A stretch of 64,000 nucleotides of DNA from a virus (lineage: Duplodnaviria > Caudoviricetes). The position numbers and the translations under genes were made by a program. The notes beneath the pieces were generated by a model, which was not told the origin of the DNA, did no database searches, and saw only the letters and a list, made by a program, of their open reading frames with translations. Where the stretch lies: the IMG/VR virus record IMGVR_UViG_3300037067_003221, positions 32,001 through 96,000 of that record. The stretch is one strand, 5' to 3'. Positions 49,721 to 59,862 of this stretch are shown here, piece by piece. Every line of letters begins with the position of its first letter. Position 1 is the first letter of the stretch.

Positions 49721-51112
49721 TTAATTATTTGGATAAATATAGGTTTCATCGGGTGTAACAGTCCATCCCTCAACAGTGGCATACTTGCTTGTGTAAGGCG
49801 GAATTACAGTGGCACCCGCATTAAACGAGTGACGCAATTCACCCACCCGATAGTGGGACCACTCTCGCCGACGTTCCACGCCGCAATAGCTGCAAACATC
49901 TTGCAACAGCATCCGGTCACGGGCACCACGATTATGACCCCAACGAATCAACGCTTTGGCAACATGCCGTCTTTCCTCCCACAGTAGAAGGATAGCTTGA
50001 TGGGATTTACGCAACCGCGCCCATTTAATCCATTCCGGCTTGTTATAAAGGCCGGGGACATATTTTGCCTTAAACACTTCTAAGGAAGCATCGGCAAATC
50101 CACGGCGGCGACATTCGGTGGCAATCGCCATACCATAATGCACCAACGCTTGTTCGTAGCCAATCCACAACTGGACGGCTTTGTTAGAATCCAAATCCGG
50201 TTCATTTAAGCGTTTCAAAGTGCGTAGTGCCGCAACCCGCATTAACTTCAAATCGCGGTCATGGAAACACTTGGCACACTTCTCGAAATTCATATACGGC
50301 ACAAGCGTCAGGAAATGCCGACGTTTGGGGCGGGATGCCCGCCGTGCTGAACGTGTGGGTCTAGGACTTCGGGCCTGTGACTGTGCGTTTCCTGCTAATG
50401 CCGCCGACAACTCGGACGAAGTTTGCCGGATACCGCCAGAGTTTCCGCCATATAAACTCGCAAACGAACGAGTACGTTCAATATCGCGGCGTGAATAACC
50501 ACTCGACCGTGGCTCGTTGCTTTCAACAGGCGCAGGGACTCCCAATTGTTGATTGCAAAACTCTTCGGCAATTTGCCGAGAATGTCGCTGAATCACTTCA
50601 TCAGGAATAACTCGCTGTGCATCGGGCGTATAGTCAGCCGTGAAAGACATTTCATAAGCATGATAGTCACTCGCGTATCGATCAGAAACTTCGGGGCCGG
50701 GGTCAACCCTCGGCGTTGGCTCTGAACCGGGTAGTCTAAAACTAACAATTGGCGCAGGGTTTACAGGCCGCTGGCTACGGCCAAGCGACTGGAAGGTTTC
50801 TGCATAGCTGCTTGGCACTTCCCGTATCTCCTCCCGGTTAGCATTGTCGTGTTGCGCACGGATATAATCCAATGTAGCCGCACGAATACGGTCCTCTGTG
50901 TCAACAGATATGGGGATGATCCCCAAATAAAAATTAAACCCTGCTCTCTGTGCGGTTTGTTGGACAACCACATAGCCGTTACTGTCGCAGTAGCAACACT
51001 CGTAACGAATCCGTTCACAGGATTCCCATGTAGGGACAACGTCAAGACTTGGCCGACGTAAAAGGTCTCGGTTCATCACCGACCATTCAACTTGAAAATG
51101 ATAGTAACTCAT
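49721..51112 (-). CDS. Protein with a C-terminal pyrimidine-dimer-glycosylase-like (MSMEG_6728-type) domain and a long low-complexity N-terminus
   Basis: TLVPYMNF..AVQLWIGYEQAL..ECRRRGFAD..PEW..SHQAILL. Confidence 0.65.
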   Translation of the reverse strand: MSYYHFQVEWSVMNRDLLRRPSLDVVPTWESCERIRYECCYCDSNGYVVVQQTAQRAGFNFYLGIIPISVDTEDRIRAATLDYIRAQHDNANREEIREVPSSYAETFQSLGRSQRPVNPAPIVSFRLPGSEPTPRVDPGPEVSDRYASDYHAYEMSFTADYTPDAQRVIPDEVIQRHSRQIAEEFCNQQLGVPAPVESNEPRSSGYSRRDIERTRSFASLYGGNSGGIRQTSSELSAALAGNAQSQARSPRPTRSARRASRPKRRHFLTLVPYMNFEKCAKCFHDRDLKLMRVAALRTLKRLNEPDLDSNKAVQLWIGYEQALVHYGMAIATECRRRGFADASLEVFKAKYVPGLYNKPEWIKWARLRKSHQAILLLWEERRHVAKALIRWGHNRGARDRMLLQDVCSYCGVERRREWSHYRVGELRHSFNAGATVIPPYTSKYATVEGWTVTPDETYIYPNN

Positions 51113-51406
51113 AGTCTTACCCAGGAAAATAGGGGATATTTTGTATCCCTGTCAAAGGATTGCATCCTATCATACCCTTCACCAAAACGGTGACGTTGAA
51201 TAATGCAAAAGGTTTTTCGATTCCGGCTCATTAGCACTTCAACAGTTGTTATGTCTGTATTAGCATCTGTATGAACCGTTTCCACATATACTCTACCATC
51301 CCGCAACTCCAAAACTTTGAACTCATGTTCAAAGTCGATCAACCGACTGTAGTAAAATGTAATCTGTCGGCCTTCATTGGCGGCAATGGCTTTCAAGCCG
51401 AAAGAA

Positions 51407-51940
51407 TCAACTGTTTTCGTAGTAATCGATTCTTCGTTGTCTGCAATTGTCACAGTTGCATCCCTCTTGCGCGCCATTTACGGCCTCCAATCTGGAAAGA
51501 AATTCTTCAAGGCTTTCGCGGGCAGGCTGCAAATCCATGTTCTTAAACCGCTCAGGCACTTCGTAACCAATCAAGTGTGCCCCATGTGCGGCCAGCAATT
51601 GATGCACCCATTCCTCTTCGATGGTATGAACCTCTCCACAAGCACAGCGGCCAATAAGCGTGTCGCAGTTACCGTGGTTGCGTATCTTCGTCCAATATTT
51701 TGGCATTGCGATACGGCCATTCTCTTCGGGGGCTAGTGCCAATTGGTCAATAGTTGCGCTGTGGGTGCGAAGAAGTCGCTGAACCCACCCATCATTTTCT
51801 TGATGGACACCCCCACATGAGCAGGGTCCAACCAGCATGTCACATTTCGTGCGATACCGGGCCGACCCATCGATAATACGTTTCGGAAAGGCTTTGGGAT
51901 ATTTAACAAAGCCGCTGGATGCTCGTCGTTTTAGTTGCAT
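51407..51940 (-). CDS. Protein with a duplicated Cys/His motif
   Basis: CDMLVGPCSCGGVH..WVQRLL and CDTLIGRCACGEVH..WVHQLL. Confidence 0.6.
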   Translation of the reverse strand: MQLKRRASSGFVKYPKAFPKRIIDGSARYRTKCDMLVGPCSCGGVHQENDGWVQRLLRTHSATIDQLALAPEENGRIAMPKYWTKIRNHGNCDTLIGRCACGEVHTIEEEWVHQLLAAHGAHLIGYEVPERFKNMDLQPARESLEEFLSRLEAVNGAQEGCNCDNCRQRRIDYYENS

Positions 51941-52899
51941 AGTTTTGTTCCTCTACACAATCATAGCATACTTTTAGAGGTTGTCAAATGAAAATCAAGA
52001 TTTTTTCAAAATAGGGCCAACTTCGTAGTAACTCCCTTTAGTTTTGGTAATACCGTCAAGGGGTAAAACATCCCCTTCTTTACGCACACACTTAAAGGGA
52101 GTATTCTTTAAGCCGCATCGGCAGCGTAACCCGCCATAAATATGGGTTGCCATTCTCATAAAGTTCGACAATGGTGCCCCGACGGCATTGCTGAATTGTT
52201 CCCACAAAGTCATTTGTAGCGGATTGTCCAGTTGTGGACACAGCATTTCTAGCAGTGCTGCCATTTCCATGCCAGTCAACTCGACAGTATATTTGCCGTT
52301 ACCAAACGCATTGCCATACACTTCCAAAACCAGCACCTTGCCGCCCTCTTCACGGGTGTCTCGGAAAGTGGAGGATTGGAACTTACCGTCTTGACAACTA
52401 TGGTCTAAGACGTAAAACAATTCGGGCTGTTTATCCTTGTCAATTCGGATGACAGTCTTTTCATCGATACGAGTGTCGTGCGACTTGATAATCATTTTGT
52501 AACCCTCGGACGGAGTACCACAACCCGGTCGCCGGAGCGCAATTCAACTCGCTTACCATAACCCAGGCTTACACACCAAACACTGTTAAAGTGCCGTTTG
52601 GCGGGGTCAAGGTCAGTCTTAAACTTGAGCGGAACCCATGACTGAATCAAGTTCGGCACACCTTTATCGAGGCCGTCTTTGTGTGGTTGAAATTCGCCAA
52701 GCATCTTGTAGCCGTGGAATACAGTCGGGGTCTTGCCCGTGACCCAGTTATATAGGTCAGTCAGCCCACGGCCCAGGATAGTGCAGGCAACGCCAAATAC
52801 AATTAAAAGGTAGATGTTCATACTTCAATTATACCATAGTTTCTTAGGTTGTCAAATGAAAATAGCCAGGAAACAGAAAATTCTGTTCCTGGCCTAATG

Positions 52900-53463
52900 C
52901 TAACAATTGGTTAATCCGTATAATCCGGCATAATCGAAAAATCTCCAACGACCCATACAATCAATTTCTTTGTCAAAAGCGATATGACGCATATAAGCCG
53001 TAAGGTCGGACCAAGTTTCAAACATCAACTCAGGTGGTAGTTCACCCCTCACCCAATCGGGGACTGCCCACAACCCCTGCTCCATGTGGAACAAGATAGG
53101 TGCCTTTCGCCGGTTGAGGGTTGTTAGTTCCTCATGCGTTCCGGTCGAATAACAATTCATATCCAGATGCACGATAGCAAAGTCGCAAATATCACATAGA
53201 CGCAAATCAATGCAGCGAATCTCTCGCATATCGTGGGCCAGCGTTTCCCAGTCACCAATCTCTTTCAAGTGTTTACGCCGTGCATGATCTTCCAAGTCGG
53301 GGCATTCATAACCGGGGAACATCGGTTTGTGGCACGGGTCCAACGAGATAACGTGCAGCTTATCAAGTTCCTTCTTCATTTCTGTGCGCCACCCAACGCC
53401 AAAATCAACGGCGTAATCAATCGGCCCTGCCAGATAACAACGGTTGTAAAATAATCTATTCAT
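52900..53463 (-). CDS. Nucleoside 2-deoxyribosyltransferase / dNMP N-glycosidase-like protein
   Basis: YLAGPI, DLRLCDICD, STGTHEEL. Confidence 0.75.
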   Translation of the reverse strand: MNRLFYNRCYLAGPIDYAVDFGVGWRTEMKKELDKLHVISLDPCHKPMFPGYECPDLEDHARRKHLKEIGDWETLAHDMREIRCIDLRLCDICDFAIVHLDMNCYSTGTHEELTTLNRRKAPILFHMEQGLWAVPDWVRGELPPELMFETWSDLTAYMRHIAFDKEIDCMGRWRFFDYAGLYGLTNC

Positions 53464-54130
53464 TGACGTAGTATCCTTTCAAAATGCTGATTAACCCATT
53501 GACCCCGACACCAATCCTAGAACATCCCGCCGTTATAAACGCTTCCAACTCTTCTTTTGTCTTTATCCCACCAGAGGCTTTGATGCCCGTGTTGGGGAAA
53601 GTCAACAATCCTTGTTTCATATTTTCAACATCTTCGAGACTTGCGCCCCGCGAACCGAAGCCTGTGGAAGTTTTTACAAAATTCCACCCAAGAAACCCGG
53701 CGTACCAACTGAGTTGCTGAATATCTTGTGGACTGAGATAACACGTTTCCAAAATCAACTTGATGATTTCAGTCTTAAAGGCCCGTCTAAATCGACGTAA
53801 TCCGTCAATACATTCATCGCGGTTATCTTGCCACTCTCGTTGATTCAAAACAACGTCCAATTCCTTTGCGCCCGATACGACTGCCAATTGGGCTTCTCCC
53901 TCTTTAGCTCGCCACGGGATATTTCCATGCGGAAACCCAATAACTGAACATAAACGGTCGTGGGGAAGGAACGGAAGTGATCGAACGGCATCTAAATTGC
54001 CACTAGCAACGCACAGGGATGCGCAGTCGTATTTTACGACTAGATCAATACCACGTTTCAAGTCGGTAGCGGTAGCGTTTGGGGCTAACACCGCTAAATC
54101 GATGAATTTCATTACATCATAAAGTTGCAT
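53456..54130 (-). CDS. deoC: Deoxyribose-phosphate aldolase
   Basis: VIGFPHG, GAKELDVV, KLILET, FVKTSTGF and IKASGGI motifs. Confidence 0.93.
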   Translation of the reverse strand: MQLYDVMKFIDLAVLAPNATATDLKRGIDLVVKYDCASLCVASGNLDAVRSLPFLPHDRLCSVIGFPHGNIPWRAKEGEAQLAVVSGAKELDVVLNQREWQDNRDECIDGLRRFRRAFKTEIIKLILETCYLSPQDIQQLSWYAGFLGWNFVKTSTGFGSRGASLEDVENMKQGLLTFPNTGIKASGGIKTKEELEAFITAGCSRIGVGVNGLISILKGYYVNE

Positions 54131-54267
54131 GACATTACCTGTAAAAGAATGTATAGTTTCAAGCAGAGGTACATACAATAGGCACTGACCCCTACAAACG
54201 CTACCAACATCAACCCCTCAAGTTTTTCTTCCATTTTAATCCTGGCTGGGGCAAATAGGTAAATCCT

Positions 54268-54310
54268 CCCTACATTGCGACCCTGAAAATTCCCCAGGTT
54301 CAATTTTCCG
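54268..54310. repeat. Conserved ~43-bp box, copy 3
   Basis: CCCTACATTGCGACCCTGAAAATTCCCCAGGTTCAATTTTCCG. Confidence 0.9.
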
Positions 54311-55073
54311 ACGAACCCGTTTCTTCCGCACTGGTAGCTGTTTTTCCCGGCAATCTTTCTCACATTCAGCAATTGCTTTGTTGAGAGTTTTGAATGGACG
54401 TTTGACAGTTGCAAACGTCCAGGTTTCTCCGTCCCACTTAAATGCAAAGAATCTTGGCGGAAGTTTTATGCCGAAGGCTTCACTTCGCCAGTAGATTCTA
54501 TACTGCTTATCCTTCGTCAGCCAATTCTTCACCTTCTTCGGGTCGTGCTTCCCAAACTTCACCGTGCGGGAAAACTTCAATTGTGGCTTCTGGGATATTC
54601 TTTTCTTCGATGCTTTTCTCACGTTCGATCTCAACTCGTTCGAGTAATTCACCGTTGCTGTCGAAATAGTATCCAACGTACCGATCAATTAGTCCTACAA
54701 GGACTCCGAAGTTTTCAGGCGTAACCTTAGTGATAAACGTGCCTGGATTCGGATAAATATTCAGGTTGCTTGGAAGTCGAACAAAATGTGCTTCTGTCAG
54801 TATCTTAATTGCATTCTGAAAGCCGGTTAATTTTACTTCTGGTTCGTCCATATTATCCCTTCATAATTACACAACGGTCTGGATGTTCCAGCTTTACTGT
54901 ACGCCCAGCGTCATTAGTTCCAAGCACATGAAATACGGGTTCTGCTGCTCTAATGGTTTCAATATGCGAAACGTGCATATAGCGCAACCACATTTCCGAG
55001 CCACGTCGCACAGGATAAGCGACCTTCATTCCCGGCATAATTTCCTGTCCAGAAAAGTCCAATGCTGGCATGA

Positions 55074-55883
55074 TTATTTCTCCTCAAATTGTTTTCTAAT
55101 GTCAAAAGGTGTCGCTATTCCAACTCCATGCTCACCCAGCCATCGGCCATTAGGCCAAAAATTACTGGTAGCTTTCTCCAAGCCCCATTCACGGGCAATA
55201 TTTTCACAGTATTGCCGATCAACGTCACTTGTGATACAATCCAAACCAAGCTGCTTGCACACTCGCAGGGTCGTGCCCGTGCCCGCAAACGGATCACAAA
55301 CAGTCTGCCCCGGAATGGCACTCATTCGTAGGCAGCGTTCCACCAACCCTTCATTAAGTTGTGTTGGGTGCCATGCCCTACGTTGCTTACTATTGCCCGT
55401 TACACGCGGGAAGTCAAATACGTCGCCAGGAACACGGCCTCTGGGGTCTCCTCTTGGGTCGCCGTGCTGCTGCCTCCAAGAGGGTATTCTAATGGCATCC
55501 GTGTACCAAGTCTCACCAACCCGATTTATACGTATAAGTGGCCGATGATTATTGCCAAGGTCATGCTGATTATGTTGTCCGAACGTGAAAATTTGAACAC
55601 AATTCTTTGCTTCCAAAGTTCGGTCTGAATCGAGTAAATTTGCTACAAGCCTACCAACTTGAAACGTGTGTTTCGCGTTGTAAGAAAACCACACTACGTT
55701 GCATTTTTGCACCATCAATTTGATGATCTGGTCCAACCAAAAGATGTAGTCGAATCCACGCAATTTATCGGAGTATGTTGCATACTTTAAGCCGATATTA
55801 TCGGGTGGGTCGGCAAAGCCTACTCGTACTTCCGAGAGGCTTTCCAACAATTCCATCGCATCTGTGCAGATTACTTGTAGCAT
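55074..55883 (-). CDS. Beta-class N4-C/N6-A DNA methyltransferase
   Basis: FADPPDNIG (motif IV variant), HPTQ, DPFAGTGTT (motif I). Confidence 0.85.
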   Translation of the reverse strand: MLQVICTDAMELLESLSEVRVGFADPPDNIGLKYATYSDKLRGFDYIFWLDQIIKLMVQKCNVVWFSYNAKHTFQVGRLVANLLDSDRTLEAKNCVQIFTFGQHNQHDLGNNHRPLIRINRVGETWYTDAIRIPSWRQQHGDPRGDPRGRVPGDVFDFPRVTGNSKQRRAWHPTQLNEGLVERCLRMSAIPGQTVCDPFAGTGTTLRVCKQLGLDCITSDVDRQYCENIAREWGLEKATSNFWPNGRWLGEHGVGIATPFDIRKQFEEK

Positions 55884-55902
55884 TATGCAAATCCTGTGCC
55901 AA

Positions 55903-57174
55903 TCAAAAACTGGATACGTCCGCAGCCAGGGCTGTTTCTGCATCATCTTTGTGTTTTAACAATACGCCTTGTAACTGGGCCATCGATATATTATTTTCCG
56001 CAGCTTTTGCTCCAAAAGCATCAGCAAGGAATGGATGGTTAGGAAAGAAGCGAAGGAATAAATCAGCCGCTTGTTTCTTATTTGCATTCCCTATCACAAC
56101 ATCCACGTCAACTCGTCCGGGGCGTGTTAATGCTGAATCTAATACGTCTCGGCAATTGGTCGTCATAAATAATATGCGGCCTTCACTTGCCATAACACCG
56201 TCAATCGCATTCAACAAGCCAGAGAACGTAATGTTGTCTCGGTCATCCGTTTTCTTGCGTTCTTTGAACACACAATCCACGTCCTCTACTAGCACGATGC
56301 TATGCAGTGGTACATTTGCCATAAGTTCTGACAAGCGTTCGTCAGTTAAACTTGTTGTACTTAAATTGAGTGTGCAAATATCCAAATGTAATTCCGAAGC
56401 TACAGCGGTTACTATAGACGTTTTACCATTGCCAGGAGGGCCTGACAATAAATATCCACGTCGATAGGGAATACCTCGATCATTATACCACGCTTCTGCT
56501 TCGATGAAATTTTTCACATCTTCCAACAGTCGGTCGCCAAGTCTGTCAGCAAGTAAAACTGACTCGAATGGCCGTGGTAGCCGCCGTGCAAGTTCAACCC
56601 ATTCATTATATTCAGGCCGTAAAATCTTAATACGGTTGCTGTCGATTGGGTTCGCTAAGTCTCTTGCTTCCGTAATTAAGTCAAGCGCGATCTGTCGATT
56701 GCGGCTGAATAATTTAATGGTAAAGGTTTCACGATACCCCAATGCTGTCGCTGAGGAGGCACCCACACTTTTACCGCCGCTGGCATTATCTTTCCGTTCT
56801 CTGTATAAGATCATTAACCGTTTCTTGTATAACAGAAAATGTATCCCAGGAGCGGGCGATAAAATAATCTTTGCAGTTTTAGGGCGGTGGCTATATGGCT
56901 CAGTATCATCGTCATCACGTTGACGTTTTGTACTTACTGTCCACCAGCGGCAGCGTTTTTTATATGGATGTTGGGATAGCCAATAGTTCATCCATTTGAA
57001 GGCTTCGTCGCGGTCAGGAATATCTATTTCCGTCACAATACGTCGCTTAAACCATCCATAGATAGCACCCGGCAACGATTTCAAATATACTAGCAGGCTT
57101 CCAGCTATGCCTAAAATTAAACCACCGGATAGGAAGGCATTAGACGTTAGCTGCGCCATTAAGGTATCCCACAT
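55903..57174 (-). CDS. BCS1-like AAA ATPase
   Basis: N-terminal TM; WY.DRGIPYRRGYLLSGPPGNGKTS, LVEDVD, TFSGLLNAIDG, RPGRVD. Confidence 0.9.
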   Translation of the reverse strand: MWDTLMAQLTSNAFLSGGLILGIAGSLLVYLKSLPGAIYGWFKRRIVTEIDIPDRDEAFKWMNYWLSQHPYKKRCRWWTVSTKRQRDDDDTEPYSHRPKTAKIILSPAPGIHFLLYKKRLMILYRERKDNASGGKSVGASSATALGYRETFTIKLFSRNRQIALDLITEARDLANPIDSNRIKILRPEYNEWVELARRLPRPFESVLLADRLGDRLLEDVKNFIEAEAWYNDRGIPYRRGYLLSGPPGNGKTSIVTAVASELHLDICTLNLSTTSLTDERLSELMANVPLHSIVLVEDVDCVFKERKKTDDRDNITFSGLLNAIDGVMASEGRILFMTTNCRDVLDSALTRPGRVDVDVVIGNANKKQAADLFLRFFPNHPFLADAFGAKAAENNISMAQLQGVLLKHKDDAETALAADVSSF

Positions 57175-57739
57175 GCTTGAATCTCCTATTCCAGTATTTA
57201 GTCTGTCTTAATTTCCGTCTGAAAACGGGTTAAAGTAAACGTAATGGTCGGAAGCAACTCACCAACTTTCACGTTGTCAGGGTCTTTAACAAACCCCAAC
57301 GTAATGGCAGCTTGCTCAGACCCAGAGGCAATCAATGTTTGCTCCATCGCCTTAAAGATTTCAATAATCTTATTGTTTTCAAGAGTACAGATTGCCAACT
57401 TATCAGCTAGTTGTTCGTTCATGCTTTTGCCTTTTCAATCTTGACTTCGATTGGCAGCCGTTCATCGCGGCTAATGCCGAGGATGTTTTTAATAGCTTTA
57501 CGAGCATCTGACCGGCAGTGACCTTCTACTTGGCCCCCGACCTTTTCATTCAAACTCCAATTCCAAGTCGCTGGAATCTTAGGTCCAATTAAACCCTTCC
57601 CGCGAAGATATTTCTTCGCAAGGCGATCCCAAATAACACGACGTTCGGCTTTTGTTAGTGGTTTTCGTTTTTCTTGAAAAACTTCTGAATAGGAATGTCG
57701 ATCAACACGCCCCGCAACACTCTTTGGAGTTCCCATTAT

Positions 57740-58735
57740 TTACCTCTTAAACATTCGTTGTTCTCTGGTGATTGAAGTTATATACTGCGTCATAGGATCG
57801 TCAATCTGCATGTTGATTGCTTGTTGTTCAAGTAATCGGCAGCGTTCTTGACTTTCCTCAATTGGCAAGTCCGTGAAAATATGGTCATTGACAATCGCAG
57901 TCCAACATTCTTGGATTCGCCGAAGAAGATTCTCTTGATGTACTTTCGAGATTCTTGCCCGGTGGTTAGCAATACGGAGTAGTGGGTATGGATCATGTGG
58001 TTTAGCAACGATCTGATCGATACAAACCACGACGTTTTCATCCCCAACTTGTTCGCCAAGCATCCACGAATAAATCGCTAATTGGTCTGCCCAGTCCGAG
58101 TTCGATTCTTCGAGCCAGCCGGAGTGGATTTCGACCCCTTTCCAAATAATTGGGTTGTAGTTTTTGTGCGGGCCATTGCCGCCGCGAGTTGGTTTCGCCG
58201 TCTCAGCATCCCAGGAGTCTCGAATAAGCCGATAGTTTTTGCAAGGACTCGTAGGGCTTCTTGAGCAGTACCCATTGCACTTCCAGTCCAAGATAACGTG
58301 CGCCCCAGACGGGTGGACGAATCGTAAATCTGGTTTACCAAGCAACGGCACATTTTCAATCGTTCCGGTGATCTTAAATTCAAATTGGGGAGCATATTCA
58401 CTTTGTTTAAGCAAGGTAAGTAGGTCATCGTAGGCTCCACATTTTCGGTAACAATCGTACACGTACTTGCCGTGTTCCAACGCCCAGTCTCGGTTGTGTT
58501 CTTCAACTTGTTCCTCGAACAGAGTTGTGAACTCAAACCGTGGGTCTGTTTTCCCAAACAGCGTTTCAAACATTTCCGCCTTGACAAACGCATCGAAAGC
58601 TGACCCCAGGCTCATGTAATTGATTTGAGGAAGTTTAGGGGCACGTACTTCACTTAAATGTTGAAGATAATATTCCTCACGATTCGCCTCCCACAAACCT
58701 ATTTGTGATGGGCTGAGGTATTCTGGTTTACGCAT
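57740..58735 (-). CDS. PD-(D/E)XK family nuclease-like protein
   Basis: LSPS, GSAFD, GKPD, ILDWK, QLAIY. Confidence 0.7.
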   Translation of the reverse strand: MRKPEYLSPSQIGLWEANREEYYLQHLSEVRAPKLPQINYMSLGSAFDAFVKAEMFETLFGKTDPRFEFTTLFEEQVEEHNRDWALEHGKYVYDCYRKCGAYDDLLTLLKQSEYAPQFEFKITGTIENVPLLGKPDLRFVHPSGAHVILDWKCNGYCSRSPTSPCKNYRLIRDSWDAETAKPTRGGNGPHKNYNPIIWKGVEIHSGWLEESNSDWADQLAIYSWMLGEQVGDENVVVCIDQIVAKPHDPYPLLRIANHRARISKVHQENLLRRIQECWTAIVNDHIFTDLPIEESQERCRLLEQQAINMQIDDPMTQYITSITREQRMFKR

Positions 58736-59027
58736 TAGTTTTGTCCTCGCAACGTGGTTCGGGGCCGGGTGGAACAATCACAGGTTCCGGTGGAACAATC
58801 ACAGGTTCCGGTGGAACAATCACAGGTTCCGGTGGAACAATCATAGGTTCCGGTAGTGGTGGCACAGGATTATCTGGCACTACGATTACTGGATTATCTG
58901 GCACAAGAACCGGCACTGGTTTAAGTGCATAATACCATCCTGTACAGATAATACCGAGTATCAATCCGGGCATCAAGATCGTCCAAAATAACAAGTCCTC
59001 GGTGCATTTTCTATTACGCGGGTTCAT
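58728..59027 (-). CDS. Membrane-anchored Pro-rich repeat protein
   Basis: TM segment followed by PVIVPPE repeats (21-bp tandem DNA repeat at about 58768-58853). Confidence 0.6.
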   Translation of the reverse strand: MNPRNRKCTEDLLFWTILMPGLILGIICTGWYYALKPVPVLVPDNPVIVVPDNPVPPLPEPMIVPPEPVIVPPEPVIVPPEPVIVPPGPEPRCEDKTNA

Positions 59028-59037
59028 AGTTAGTTCC

Positions 59038-59862
59038 TTAAACAAAAGTGCATGATTTGCACGGTTCAGAAGTTCGTACCTTCATTTGTCTCATTGCTTT
59101 AGCTTGTGGACTATTGAACACATCTAAAATGTGGTCAGTAGTTACGTCCCCAAGTTGGTATTCACACAGCCCATCCATGCAACATAAGGCTACCTTACCG
59201 TCACAGCAGATCGAAAGTTCTTGCGTCCGTCGGCATGGCCCTATTTGAGCAGCAACAGATGGGGCATCAATATTATTGCACCACCTTCCGCGATACATCA
59301 ACGCTACAATAGCTGGCTCTGGAAACATTTTTCGCCCCCAGTCTGACCATTTTCTATCCTCTTCACTATAAGAGGCCACGCGACCAATTACAAGTTGATG
59401 CTTTATACCAGCCTCAATTAGTTGTCTGATATTTTTGAGTGTCTTATCAAAATCTAAACCAGTTTCATCTTTATAGAGGCGACTGGTTCGTTGGTTAAGC
59501 GAAATCCAGATGTGTGTCATACGTTTGATAGCCAACAAAGTCGGAATCAAGTCGTTTGGCATGTGATTCAAATTCGTATGAAGTTCAATCCATGCCTTGG
59601 GCACTTGTTCATCAATTTGCACCAGCCGTTGTGAAAACAATGGGTCAAGCATCGGCTCACCCAGTTTGAAAGGCGATATAATAAACGGTTGTGGAATCTC
59701 TCTCGCCTCTGTAAGAATCTTCGTGAATAGTTCCGGTGACATATCGCTAGTGCGTCTAGGCGACCTGTCATGGGGACAGAACCGGCACCTTGAATTGCAC
59801 CGGCCTGTCGTTTCAATGTGAATACTAGTCGGATATTCCTTCGTCGTCAAGCTCTCCATCAT
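59038..59862 (-). CDS. Radical SAM protein with SPASM/twitch domain
   Basis: CNSRCRFC; DGKVALCCMD; C-terminal CKSC. Confidence 0.88.
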   Translation of the reverse strand: MMESLTTKEYPTSIHIETTGRCNSRCRFCPHDRSPRRTSDMSPELFTKILTEAREIPQPFIISPFKLGEPMLDPLFSQRLVQIDEQVPKAWIELHTNLNHMPNDLIPTLLAIKRMTHIWISLNQRTSRLYKDETGLDFDKTLKNIRQLIEAGIKHQLVIGRVASYSEEDRKWSDWGRKMFPEPAIVALMYRGRWCNNIDAPSVAAQIGPCRRTQELSICCDGKVALCCMDGLCEYQLGDVTTDHILDVFNSPQAKAMRQMKVRTSEPCKSCTFV

